Positions 11,420 through 24,344 of a stretch of DNA of 64,000 nucleotides are shown here, piece after piece; within the stretch, counting starts at the first letter, position 1, and the number at the start of each line of letters is the position of its first letter. Source of the DNA: Takakia lepidozioides (lineage: Eukaryota; Plantae; Bryophyta); NCBI GenBank assembly GCA_030704615.1, contig CM060732.1:55366001-55430000 (forward strand). Reading direction: 5' to 3'. The notes below the pieces were generated by a model. It did not search any database. It saw only the letters and a program-made list of their open reading frames with translations, and was not told the DNA's origin. A program made the position numbers and the translations under genes.

Positions 11420-13900
11420 ATGAGTCTTTGGAAGGAGCCGGGAGTGGACCTTGATGATGATGATGACGATGACAATTTCCAGTTGTTGGACACACCACCT
11501 GCACTGCCACAACAGACTGTTAGACCTCAGTGCATTCGAAAGGACTCATTGGACGCACCTCTACCATCACAGGAAAGTCTTCCATCTGAGCGCATTGTAA
11601 AGTCTACGTTTGTACGACCTCCTACCGTGCCGCAGCAAAGTCTTCGACCCGAAGTGCACGTTGGAGTTGCATCTTCAAGTAGACAAGATGGCAGACCTCC
11701 AATGCACATTCTGAAGTCCACAACCCTTGCACCGCTAAGTAGAAAAGAGGCAAGGGAAGGCTTTGTCAAGGCGTCGTTGCTACTGACCTCGGATATTGTT
11801 GTGCCTCCCATACCCGCACCTGTTTCATGCCCAGGACTGACCTATCTGATGAAGTTTGACTTGTTGTCCGACGGATTTCCATCTCTGGACGAGCCTTCTT
11901 TTCTCAATCGCCTTGTGGCTCTTAGTGGGAACTTTGAGTTCAGGGACCAAATGATGGGCAACGCTTTTGGTCAATGGTGGCTTAAACGACAGGTAACACA
12001 CCTTCTTCTTGGCCTGCACCTTCATGGTCACAACTCCTTCTTTGATGATGCGTGTCTTTGCATTTTGTTTGAAGTTGCCTTTCAAGTTTAGGGTTTTTGG
12101 TTACTCTTCCTCTATTACTGACCAGCTCCATGACTCTGCAATGGCGGGGGAGCAGTTTGATGCACCTCTAGAGGAGAAGACAGCTGTGGAAAATGTGGTG
12201 GAGCTATTTGCCATACGTCTTGGAGTAACTTGTGACCATCCCGCTCAGTTGGCGGAATGCCAACTGGTGATGGCACATCACAAGTATGCCATGGCATTGC
12301 TGGATTTCGAAATGAAAGAATTGCAGCCCAATCTGAGTTGGAGGCTCGTAGAAGGCAGTTTGTTGACGACAACATGGCAAAATGGGATAGAGAACAATAT
12401 GATGAGAAACAGGAGGGAATCTGGGGTTGGTCCCCTCTGTACCAAATTGTTGCAGCAGGTGAGATCCCTCAGTTGCCCCCCGATATGTTCACACATTCTG
12501 AGGATGAATCTGATAGGTTGATGGTCATTCTTGAGGCTGCTCGCCACCACGCTCCACCTCCAAACATTCCGCTTTTCAGCAGGGTGTTCCGTCCGGTTTG
12601 GATGTCTCATGTTCACAACATGAAACCTATGTCAATTCCCCGAAACTCCATCTTGTTAACTCTCCGAAATCATCTTCTCAACACAGAAGATGGCCAGTGT
12701 GCCATTACAAATGCGGGTGAGAATTTCCTGCAGATTGGATACTTCCTGTACGGAGGCATGCCCCCATACGAGGAAGCCCGAACCCAGGTGCGTGATGGGC
12801 TTGCAGCCCTTTGGGGAGTGCGGAAAGAGGACTGCGAGCACCTTTTTGAAGATCTGCATTGTTTCATGCGCGAGGTCCAATGCAGGGCTATGCGTGACCT
12901 CGCCGTTCTGAATCCTATTGCCTTCAGAATATTGTGGTGTGGGAGTATACCAATTGATGGTGCAGGGGGCAAGAAAAAGCCTTGAAGGACTTCAACAAAA
13001 TTTTGAAGCATCGGGAGGATGTCGACATGGGTTGGCTTCCTTGTCCACCAGGTGTGTATTGCCCTTACCACGGTTCGTGCTACTGCATTTCAGTTCCTGG
13101 TGGTTCTTAACAATGTCCCTGGTGTTGTTCTCATTTCATTTCTTGTCACGGCCATATTTTCACAATGCCGATGTTGGTGTGCAGGCTGTCTTGACTACGG
13201 TGAAACCAGCCTACATGACAAGCTTGAGGCTGCCCAACAAATCGTCCATGAGGTCCACATTGAGAGGCTCGCAAGGGATGAGGCACGTTTCTGCAATGCC
13301 AAGTGTGGACATAAGGAGGCGGCTGTCCTTGAACCGCAGTCAAGCGCACTCGTCACCTGAGTACAAATACGAACATGGGGGCACTCATTTTGGCCGCTAA
13401 CGGCATGCAATTCCACACCTTCTGATGAGGCCAACAATGCCGTGGTAGAACATGTGTTGTCGGATCCTGTCCTCCCCCAGGCCCAAACGATCCCGCCTGT
13501 TGAAGAAACTTGTGGCGACATACAGTGCCCACAACCAGGTCCCATGACTCAACTTGAAATGGAACTAAGCACCACTCAGGTATTTCCTGGATTGGGTCGA
13601 CCGCCTCCCCTTGTGGCCTCTTTCACTTCGGAACAAACCCTCTATGACATAACTGAGTTCCAAAGTCCACCACCCCTTAATATGCGATGTCCCACTGATG
13701 AGGGTGCTATTGTACATGCAGTAAGCACTCTTGGATCTTTCCTTACCCCAGCTACCTCAGTGCTTAGACATGGGACAGAGCCTCCCACCCCCAATGCAAT
13801 GGTTCTCGCATTGCCTTCGCCCATGCGACCTTACCAAATCTTGTTGATGGTGCTGATACATTCACAGTATAGAGGCTACTACACGATTTCATGGTGATGT
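11420..13900 (+). pseudogene. Fragmented large ORF of unknown function upstream of the Ulp1 domain (probably TE-encoded)
   Basis: Consecutive + ORFs 11420..12091, 12257..12985 and 13442..13897 have protein-like composition and frameshifts. No family was recognised. Confidence 0.4.
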
Positions 13901-14307
13901 ACATGGCAGCGTCCGGGCATTGAATAAAAATGCAACCACTACCACCTTTGCCAAACCCAAGCCCATCCATACCATGGTTGCTGCCAAGGCAAAGGATGCG
14001 TTGCCCCAACCAGCTCTTGCATTGCAGCGCAACAAAACCATGTCCAGGTATCCAGTGCCATTGTGGTTTTTTTTAATGTTAACGGTCTCTCCTCTCCAGA
14101 TTGGAAATGGTGTATGTACGACGTTGCACATCCATTGACATATTGGGCTCTTGGATGTGCAGGATACATGAAGGCCTCGAAAACGTATCGTGAGTTGCGA
14201 CGCCTGTGCACCCTTTATCATGCATGATATGGTATACCTTCCATCCACAGTTTGCAAGTGGCCCGCATGTGCATAATTATGTGGGCGGATTCTCATAGCA
14301 ATGAGGT

Positions 14308-15378
14308 ATGTGCCTTTTTTGCAGGCGGGCCAATGGTGCAATGGTGGCAAAAACACATGACATATGGTTTTTGAAGGGCTCTCGGGTTTCGCAAGTTCCT
14401 CTTAGACTAGAAGATGCAGATGACTTGCTCTCTGCAAGGGGGTGGACTAGTGACCGTCTGATGGACTTCTGGGTGTCAGTTAAAATACTTTCTCTTCCTG
14501 AACATGTGTGCAATAAAATCCGTGTTGTAGATAGCTTCACATGGATATGCCTTCGCGATCATTGTGCAAAGCAGGCAAATCAAGTCGACTCCGTGCGGAT
14601 TTGGATGCAAAGACGGTTCCCCTTCTTCAGGAGTGAGGGTGTTGAAGCCCTTATTGTGCCAATTTTATGCAAGTGAGTACAATGTGTATGCATTTCTACC
14701 TTCTTGTTGTCGTACCTTTGAAGAAGGTCATGCTCCATTGCTACATATGGACTAACCTGCTGTTGTTGCCCCCCTGTGCAGTGACCATTGGAGTCTGGTT
14801 ATCTTGGAACCGTCTCGCTACCTTCACTTGAATAGCATAAGAAGTTTGCACAAGTACCGTGCTTTCCAGCCATTGTTTGGTACTTTATGGGCCATGGTCA
14901 GAGGAATCAGCCCAGGAAGCCCCCAGTGGAAGGATGCGACTGACCTCAAGCGGTGGTTCTGCCCGCCGGTTCCACAGCAGGCCAACACATGGCAGTGTGG
15001 TCTGTTTGTAGCTCATTACATTGAGCTGTACTGAGTGCAAACGTACTTGAATCCACAACCTGGTGGTGCAGGCCCGGTAAGAGGCAGCTGCTCGTGGTTT
15101 ACATGATCATTTGCTGCATGTTTTAGTTGTGGACGTTCATGCAGCTCACATCAGACTGGTTCCCTACTGAGGCCGTGCGCAAGAAAAGATATGAACTTCA
15201 AGACATGATTTTGCACGAGCTTGACGGTCACCCATCGCACGAGCCTCCATATGCAGTGCCCAAACCCCCACGCAAAGTTGGAGATTGCAGCAGCCCTATC
15301 CTCCTTGTGGCCACCACTCCAGCTCCCCTCACACGCAGACGGTGTAAACGAGCCAGGAAAGTCGGCAAAGCGTTGTGA
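14308..15378 (+). pseudogene. Ulp1-like SUMO protease (peptidase C48) domain, TE-associated; exons ~14308-14672, 14782-15076, 15145-15378
   Basis: GWTSDRLMDFW, VVDSFTW, LIVPILC-N-DHWSLVIL (His), HLNS (the usual Asp reads Asn), PQQANTWQCG (Gln/Cys), WF..KKRYEL. GT/AG introns are in phase; premature TGA at 15032-15034. Confidence 0.85.
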
Positions 15379-15779
15379 CATTAGATACAATTGGCTACAA
15401 AAAGTATTATTTATTAATTGTCTACCTTCCTGCGTTGATTTTTGTGATCCTTTGCTTCCCACAACTGTGTCTTATTCTTCTTACAGGCAACACATTTCCG
15501 ACCGTCAGTGCACGTTCTCTGCTTTGTTTTGCAAGTTCGCTTCAGTCCCTCTTTCCTACCCCCAGTCAGCCCTTCTCTACATTGGGGTATGCTATTTGGG
15601 GATGTCTCTTCATTCTCTCTAATGTTTTCGATTCAAGGGCATGTTGTTCAACATGATGGCAGCCAATGGGATCCCCGTTGCCCCACAATCTGCTCACACT
15701 CACTTCACAGTGCCACATTACTGGTCCGTTTCCTTGCTTACATGTATTGTGCAGTGACATAATGCCCAATACTGAAGAC

Positions 15780-17900
15780 TAGGACTGTTTCAACAAGTAT
15801 ATGTTGAGAAGCACTGGTAACTGGGGTATTTCAATGTAGCTCCCTGCATGCAACACATGCCTACATTGCATATACAAGCAAGCCAGGAACTGCATGCAAA
15901 GGAAATTGGTAACACCCCGCACATACCATTCCATGCAACAATCGTAAATGGGCACAATACACACCCCAGTGCAATCAGTCTCCCTCGCAATCACAAGAAT
16001 GTTATTGTGCTGGTGCCAGTGTGGCAATTGGTGTCTCAGCAATGATATTTAATATAATTCGTGCCAAGCACCTGTGCTCTACACGCCACGAGGTCCAGTG
16101 TGTTGCACAATGGTGAATCAACAAAGTGTAGGGTTTTCTATGCGTGCCATTCGGATTTCCATGGTGATACATACACAGAAGGCACCTGATATCAGGCTCG
16201 GAAATAAACTCCACAGCGGCATGATGGTTGTCTATAATGCACACCAACCGTGATTGCTCCAACATACGAAATTCGGGACGTTGTGGTCCATACATTTCTA
16301 TGTCTATGGCACAATGTTTGAACACATGGGCCTCTCCATCCCCCATCTCTCTTTGCCGTTGTCTTTCATTCAAACACATGAAAGGATTGAATATGCTGAT
16401 GTTTCCCCTCCTCGTATACCTGCTCTCCTCCATCTTCACCGAAGCCTGTGCACTTCTCTACAACAATGGTGCCCGTCAACCAAAAAAAAAATAACTGTTC
16501 AAATGTCCTTTCATACTTCGGCCCCAATTTGTACCCATCCCTATCTCCCAAGGAATATACACTTCTTCTACTTCATCCACTTATGTGTTCTGATTTCAGG
16601 GTGCACAAATGCAAGCCTGCCTTGCCAGCATCATGGGAGCTGCAAAATCATTCCTTTTGAATTTACATACTTCCCATGTGACCTGTATGTAGAAGGGTAG
16701 TGACACATAAGAAACGTCCCTTCCCTTCTGCTAATTGCTTTAGGCCAATTGAATGTAATCTTGAAGGTATCACCCCAGGAAAGGAAGATTACGAAAGCAA
16801 ACAATATTATGCATAAATGCCTATTGGTTTCATATGCATTTAATTAAATCTCAGCAAGTTCTGTGTGAACGTATGGATGACTGTGGATTGAAGGGTGCCT
16901 TTACCAACTGTCAGGTACCCTTCATAATTGAATTTCACTTCACCCACAGCCCTCTTGAAGCTGGGGGACAAACACATGCAATCAGACCACACCATGCTTG
17001 CTTCAGCAACATTTGTTCAGATCTTCAGCATGGAACATGCACATTTGCATGCAACCCCTTATGCACTTTTGGTGCAAACGAGGCAGTACTGAACGACCAA
17101 GCAGTTCCTCTAGTTCAGCAATACTTATGAACTGCCCCACAAACTCCAGCCTCAGTTTTTGAAAGAGCAAACACATGCACTCAATTGGATTCCCACCTTA
17201 AGACGCCGACCGTGTCTTCTATGAAGCATTATCAATTACTTCTCAGATTTTGGCGTGGACGATCCTGCCCCACCTACAAGCAAAGCTGAGAGGGCTGGAC
17301 TGACTCTAAGAGCACCCAAGTCCTGCACCAGCTCATCCATGGCAGAAGTCTCATCGATGTCGGTTTTGTCAATCAAAAAAGCAGTAGTGGGAGTGAGCCC
17401 CACAACCAACTAACACTATGCTCTCCTCTCTCAACCCTATACTGCTTCTTTAGTCGCACTGTAAAGCTACCCTTCACCATCACGTTAGTTTTTATACCAG
17501 CGAGGGTCTTCTTCAGGTCCACAATGGGGACCTTGGATAGGAACCCGGTCTCGTCTGCCTCCACGATGCTGAAGATCTTCTGAGGACTCCGCAAGTTCAC
17601 CTCCAACCACAAGTACTCCCCAGAAATCCGAGCCTTCGTGGTTGTGTCCACATGAAATCCTTTCGCCTGTGCAGCACATGCAATCACATTCCAAATACAC
17701 AAAGGAACCCCCATAGTAAAATATTGCATAGCATATGACTTTGGGGCATTCGGGTTGTATAACAACACTATTCCTTCTGGACACAGTGATTTCTCCATGC
17801 TGGAACCAAACAAAATGTTTGCAACGACAGTGCGTGTCCCTGCCAATCACGGCTGCAGCACATCCGAGATATTGCGGGGATCTAAGTACCTGATGGCTGT
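15780..17900 (-). other. Cluster of fragmented unknown ORFs convergent with the Ulp1 gene (e.g. 17373..17846, 16002..16439)
   Basis: Protein-like ORFs with no recognised family; cut at ~17940 by a LINE. Confidence 0.3.
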
Positions 17901-17939
17901 TCAATGAGCTCAGAAATTGTTTGAGAGGCACGTCTCAAT

Positions 17940-19340
17940 CTTGTTTTGTCGAAAAAATATTTAATCATTTTTCTCCTTTTGTGGACCAGTTGACACCCGC
18001 CTGCAATTTCCACTTCCTCTCCTGGATTTTGTGATGAATGTCAAGGTTGTTTCTGGCTTGGACATATGTACGGTATGTGTCTTCATCACAGCGAGTGGAT
18101 TCTATTTTCGATTGACAAACTTTGAGGCATTTGTTTAAGGCTATGACCTTCCTCTTCATGATGCTTGCTAGTTCCTGACTCATCCTCTGACTTTCAATAT
18201 TGACAGCCTTCAGCTTGGCCAGGAAGAGATGCGTAGGGTTCAGGAGGTCACTTCCCGCCTGAGTCCAAACCCTTAGCAGGCCTTGCTTGAAGCTTGGCAG
18301 CTTAAGGAGGAGGTTATTTATTTTGTAAAGGCCTCTACCCCTTCTGTAAGAGTCTGGTAGGGTTATGGAGAGGGTAATTGGTGCATGGTCAAAGCATAAG
18401 GGTATTGGTTCTTGAGGGGCTCTCTTAGCATATTGAACTAAGTCAAGGGAAAGGTAAGCTCTATCAAGACGAGCCATACTTAGATCTGCTAGAGAGCGGT
18501 TATTGGACAAGGTATAGGTGATGTTTGATGACTGTCCAAAGATTGGTACTGCTTCTGTGAGGTTGTGTGTTGCATGCAGTTGAACCACTAGTCCATTTCT
18601 TCTAGGTTTGAGGTAAATAACCCCGCGCCTCTTCTATCCTCTTGCATCTCCACCATATTAAAATCTCCGGACAATATCCAACTATCTATTGAAGGTTGTT
18701 CCCTCAATTTTGTGTTGAGAGTGTTCCAAAATTCCGCTCTGTCAGTAGAATCGTTGGGTGCATAGATATTCACCAGCCCAATCGGACCTGTTGAGTTGGG
18801 TAGGGATAAGGCACAAAATTGCAATCTTCCGGGGAGCCAGGTGTCCTGCGTAGTGAGGAACGGTTGAATGGTAGGAGAAAGAAGTATTGCAGTACCTCAT
18901 TTCGTACCCGTGGAAGTGGGTTTCCATAAGGAGTTAGCTAATGGCCATAGAAAATCAATGAGGCTATCTATTTTCCCTTGATCTAGTTTATGCTCCTGCA
19001 GGAATATGATGGAATGATTTGCAAGGAAGGGAGTCAGCCAGATTTTGATTTTCAGCCTTTTTAGAGAAGTTGGGTCTGCTCCCAACCCTCTTATATTCCA
19101 TGAATGGAGGTTAAAGATCATTGGCAGGTCAAGGTAGGCTGAGGCTGATAGTCTCATTTGATAGCCTAGAAGTGTGATAGAAGAATTTAACCCTATTGTC
19201 TCTTGGTCACAGGGAATTTTTCCAGACATAATTGTTCGAGGGCTTGCGAGTTTTATTCTGGATGAGTATGAAAACCCCTCTTGGTTTTGTGTTTTTGGGT
19301 AGGTCATGGGATGAAAGGAATTGTTCTGTAGACCCTCCAT
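17940..19340 (-). mobile_element. LINE (L1-like) ORF2 APE endonuclease fragment, frameshifted
   Basis: SWNIRGLG, IFLQEHK, VNIYAPN, WILSGDFNMV, ARLDRAY, FDHAPI, LYKINNLLL across ORFs 18897..19340, 18588..18824 and 17965..18588. Confidence 0.92.
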
Positions 19341-20099
19341 TTGATGCTAAAAATATTGCATAAACTTATATGTATTGAACATTAAATAAATCAGAGTGCA
19401 AAAACTTGTTGAATTATCATGGGAAATTAGCCCTTCAATCCAATTGACTAATCAGTCGAATCAAAACTATGTCGGGCATTCCCATATATATTATGTACAA
19501 AAATAAGTGTAGTCAATAGAATGTCAACATAATTTGGATCAAAGGGCATGAACTGATAAATTGTTAGATCAAAGCATGCAACAGAGCCACTAATGACGCT
19601 TCCATCAGGAGTATCCATGGAAAAGCTGAAACATCATATTATGCCATAGTTATCAATATAATGATATGTAGATATCAAGAGGTGGAGATCACTCTCGAAA
19701 ACTAATCTGCAAGCACCTCAAACAACAAGGGACAAAGCAATAGTATGCATATATATGCAGTTGCCAAAAACGTGCTAGGAGAAGTGGGGTTTTTAGTAGT
19801 TAGTTTACAATATTTTTTTTAAAGGGTAAAAATGTCCAGATATATGAAATATTTTCTCCCAATGTAAGCCTACAAATTAATATGTGAATTGGAGATGTCT
19901 CGGCCATATGGATTTTTGGAGGTTCCCAGTGCTTTGTAAGCTTTATGGGCCATGTCACCCATTAGATTTTTTTTTTTTTGTTTTTTGTTTGGAAAAAAAA
20001 CAGGAACAGGGGGATTGTAGCCTTAATAAACTTTATTATAACTTATTGTGGGGGGAAAAAAATTAAAACCCTGATTACACCATAAGGCACACACACCGT

Positions 20100-21500
20100 A
20101 ATCAGTGTTCTAAGAACCATGCATCCTCGAGAAGAGGACCTTGCTTATATGAAACCACATCAGGGACCGCGTCCCAAGAAACCAGACCATTTTAATGCCT
20201 AATTGAAGAACTGCCTACAGCTGAATGATCTAAACAAGACTCCTTTTAATAAACACTAAGGTAGAAAGAACTTTCCCATGATGAAATCCATTGACTTTTC
20301 TAAAAGCAGAAAGGATTTATCTGTAATTAAGACTCGAGGCTTTCGAAAAAGGTTTGAGATACTTCAGTTTACATCTCACTCAAACTCAGGGGAAAGAGTG
20401 GAGGGGGACAAGGAGGTCTCGCCACACTGGTGGAGGGAGTTCGGTCCAAAGACATTGGTCTTGCGCTGGGGTGCTACAGATGAGACCTTGGTGGCCCCAG
20501 GTGTTCTGAAAGGCTGCACGAATCGTTGTTGCATTCCTACCATTCTTGCTGATGTCTGCAGTTTTAGCCCACGCTTTTCTGGACTCAGTTTGCAAATCAT
20601 AGAAAATGTTCGAGAATAGAGAAGAAATCGTGGAGGTTTGATAGAAGCTTGGTGCACAATGGGGGCTTTATTAGGTGGACATGTTTTTATGTTGTGTTTT
20701 GAGGAGTTATATGATGTCAATGCATTACTACACATGTGATAGGTACTTTGCAAGTAGAAGGGGATTCATTCCTTGAGGCAGCAGTTACCACAAGGCTTTC
20801 TTCCATGGGCTCTACATTAAAGATCCACGATGATCAAAATGTTGGACGTTTGGTTGCTTCCATTGACCAAACATGTCAATGGCTTTCGGAAGAACACTTG
20901 GGGAGCCATTTTTATCTCCAAGTGTTGTTGTGCCTGACCCGGACTACTTACTATGTCATTCTAGGTCATAATGGATAGAAGTGTAACAAACAAACATGCT
21001 CTGGAGATCTACTAGAACTTCTTCCCGGAGCTCATAATTCAACATTGCGAGCGATGTGTGCAACGTACTTCTGATCAGGGTAATCCCGCAAAATTCCTAA
21101 AGATGTATCTTTGGCTTAATCTGCCAATAAACTTCCTTTAGACACAAAGTTGGATCATGCTTGCAAGAAAGCAAGTCTAATGTATGTTTTCCATACATTA
21201 GATTTTTGAAGCATCTTCGAGATCAATGTACTACTATCATCTATGCTCTTCCTGAGACCTGACTACTAGATTGTGGTCTCTTATACTATTACAACTTAAG
21301 TCTTTTATGTGGCTGAAAGACAGCTGCATGAGTCTTATCCAACAATTGGGCCCAGGAAGTAAAATAACTCTTTGTACACAATGTTCGCATTTCAAAGTTT
21401 GTGAGACATTGTACTCATCATATGCTACTTGCCACAGCCTTTGTCCACAATCCCTGCACCAGCGTACATGCTTTTGTGAGATATGAGAGAGATTATTGAA
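20100..21500 (+). mobile_element. Highly decayed LINE ORF2 3' remnant (tentative)
   Basis: Trp-rich fragments (SPHWWREF, CQWLSEEHLGSHF) of the kind seen after the RT domain in plant LINEs; many stops. Confidence 0.35.
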
Positions 21501-22293
21501 AGAGATGTCTATGCTAAATTGTTACAACTTCCTTTGGTTATGTTGTAAGGGAAAGTATACATATTTCGTTGTCAAAGCCATTATACTATGTTTCATGTGT
21601 ACAACTATTTTAGTTACTCGATCAAGAGGGTTCGGACCTCGGTGAGTGGGACCAATGTGAAGAACAAAGATTGATTTTCTTAATTTTGAACCATTGTTTC
21701 TGAGGGCAGCCCTTGAGATGATATACTTGTCACGGTTAGAATCCAACAAGATCACCTTGCCCCAGGACCCTAATTCCTTAGGAAAGATTTTGACGTGGCA
21801 GCACACAAATCTTAGCATGAACCATTAATTGGTTCAATTATCCGTAGCCAATGTCCACCCCAAAAAAATGCTATTGGATACATGTGATTTAAAGTCAGCT
21901 AGAGTACAAGTGGGAATAACATATATAAGGTGAGGCCATTGATTTATGCTTAAGTTCATGTTGTTTCAAGTGATCTAATTACAATCACTTGTTTTCAACA
22001 ATAAGATACCTTCAAAGAAATCCTCAAAGAAAGTTGAATTAGTACAACTTCCCTTCCAGATAACTTAGAGTTCAGCGCCAAACACCAACATTTTCATTTT
22101 GTAAAATAAAATGACAAAAATATACATAAAGTCTCACCAAAAAAAAACTGGACATGCGAGCAGTTTGGCACCAAACTATGTTGTGTGTTGGATGAACATA
22201 TTGTTTTTTTCTTTTTTTTCCTCTACATGACACGGGAATAAGTCCTCATTCTTTGGAGAGGTATTGATAATATATTTTTATTTTCATTTTATA

Positions 22294-22520
22294 GTTGGTG
22301 GATCATTAGCTCATTTTAGCAAAATAATTACTTTTAACACATGTTTATAGAAATTAAGCTTGATCTTTTACCTATTCGAGCTTTTGGTTATTGAAGATGC
22401 TGACAATTCTTGTCTTCCATCCATCCAATACGGTGGAGTTCATTATCATATATAAATACATGGTCTCGCATCAAAAAGCTACAACTTCAACAAAACAATA
22501 GGCTTTAAATTTAAAACGGC
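22294..22520 (+). pseudogene. Possible degenerate C-terminal exon of the aspartic protease pseudogene
   Basis: Reads ...LLVIEDADNSCLPSIQYGG...(stop)IHG...YNFNKTIGF, resembling the CL/IIG/YD..IGF C-terminus of plant A1 proteases. It contains stops. Confidence 0.4.
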
Positions 22521-23919
22521 CACTACTTTAAAGAACCTTATTATAAAGTTATCGGTTCATATCTAATGGTTTTGAAAACAAAAAAAACAAAAAAAACACA
22601 TCAACTACTATTGTAAGTTTTGTGAGTCACTTCTAGATGCATTTGGATTCATTATATAATATGAATACATTATTTTACGTCACGTGAAGTAAGAAATCTG
22701 ATAACATTAGTATAACACTATATATAAATTAAACAGTGACACGCAAACTTTCTTTTCTCCTAAATACATTATTATATTGAATTTGCTTTTAGTTTACGTT
22801 TGGCCAAACTATGTTAGAATTATATTATTTTTTGCTTGTTAAAGAATCAATATTAGCAATAATTGAGCGATATTTTCTAATGTATAAATACCTCCTAACA
22901 AATTATAATCCGGTTCTTTGTTGGAAATGTGTGGTGGGAAAACAACGAAGCAAGCCATTACTGTAATTTCATCCTGCATTAGATTAGAATACTAGTTAAT
23001 ATGCATGGACTTCCTCATCTCATTTCAATGCAAATGTTTTTTTATAATATATGTGACATGTCAATTATAAATATAACTCATATGTGTATGGGGATTACAA
23101 ACCCTAAGACTTCATATATTGATGTTGTTGCGCAACATGTATATTCCTTCTCAAAATCCAACTCTCTCTCTCTCCTCTCAAAAACTAGCATGGGGCTAAG
23201 GAGATTTTTTTGTGAAAATCATCATCCTTGCTACTATTACTTATTAGCCGCCTTCTCCACTGGTGGCGCATCCCTACATGAAGATAGCTGGAAGAAAAGG
23301 ATGGATGTCCCTCCTACTAACTTCCTGAGACGTTTTCAGAACCTCTCTTTGTAACATCTAGAATGGATCATGATTTTTGCTGTGACATTCATCACTCTTC
23401 TTTTCCCGTATAATGCTGCTATGTTGAATGCGGTTGCTATTGCGGTGCCTCATTTGAAGAGCAATTGCTCTGCCCTCAGTGAACACTTATGAATACCGGT
23501 GCTTTGCCTCCATTGAAACGCAAACAGGGATGATTGTTCACTATTCTTGACCTTCTTTCTGATCCCTCTCGACACGCTGTCCTTGAAAAGGTGACGTGCC
23601 TGCTTCCCCTCTCTAAGGCTGCTGCATATTGATGAGAAACTGAACTATTTGCTTTAAGTTTCCTATCTCTACCTTCCCTTGCATACTGGCACTCACTAAC
23701 TACCTCTTTCTCTCACTGGGAAGCTGGTCCTGGGAAGCGTTTTCACAATTATGGACTCTTCAGCTCCAGCTCCCTACACTCGCTTGAGTATCCCACTCTC
23801 TCACCTCGCTCTCTCACCCCTGGCTTTGTTACATGTCTGCATTCTGCTCTTAGACACTCATTCTCGCATTTATCTCCCGTTTCTGTCTTTCTTGTTTCTG
23901 CCTTCGGCTATGGCTTCTA

Positions 23920-24100
23920 GAGGTGCAGCGTAGCTACGGCGTGAGCCCAGCCCTGTGAGCCTAGGAGCTGAGCTCACGTTGTAGCTGCAAAGCGTGAGCT
24001 GAGCTCACGCTTCAGGGAAGCGTGAGCGGCACAAATCTGCTGGAGAAACAGGTCCTATAGGCGAGGATTGCAGGAAGAGGGCCTATTACCGTGGAAAAAA
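23920..24100. repeat. Terminal (TIR-like) region of a Mutator-like element, rich in GCGTGAGC/GCTCACG
   Basis: Shares GCTA-NNN-YGTGAG and GGAAG..GCCTATWACCGTGGRAAA with the end of the element at 56509-58305. It lies just 3' of the transposase gene. Confidence 0.7.
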
Positions 24101-24344
24101 CAAAGGGGGCCACCATGCACCATGTCTGCAATGTCTGCTCAAAAAGAGGAATATGAAAATATGGCAGATTTGAGCTCAGAATGATTGACACACTTTATTT
24201 CAATTCACAGATAGACGCTTACAATGAATGGCATGTGCATTTGCCCTGGTTCCGTGAACGAAATGTATGTGTTTGTCCTAAATGCAAAGTCTTCACACGA
24301 TAACCTGGAAACTAGCATGGGAAGCCGGCATGGCTCATATGTGT

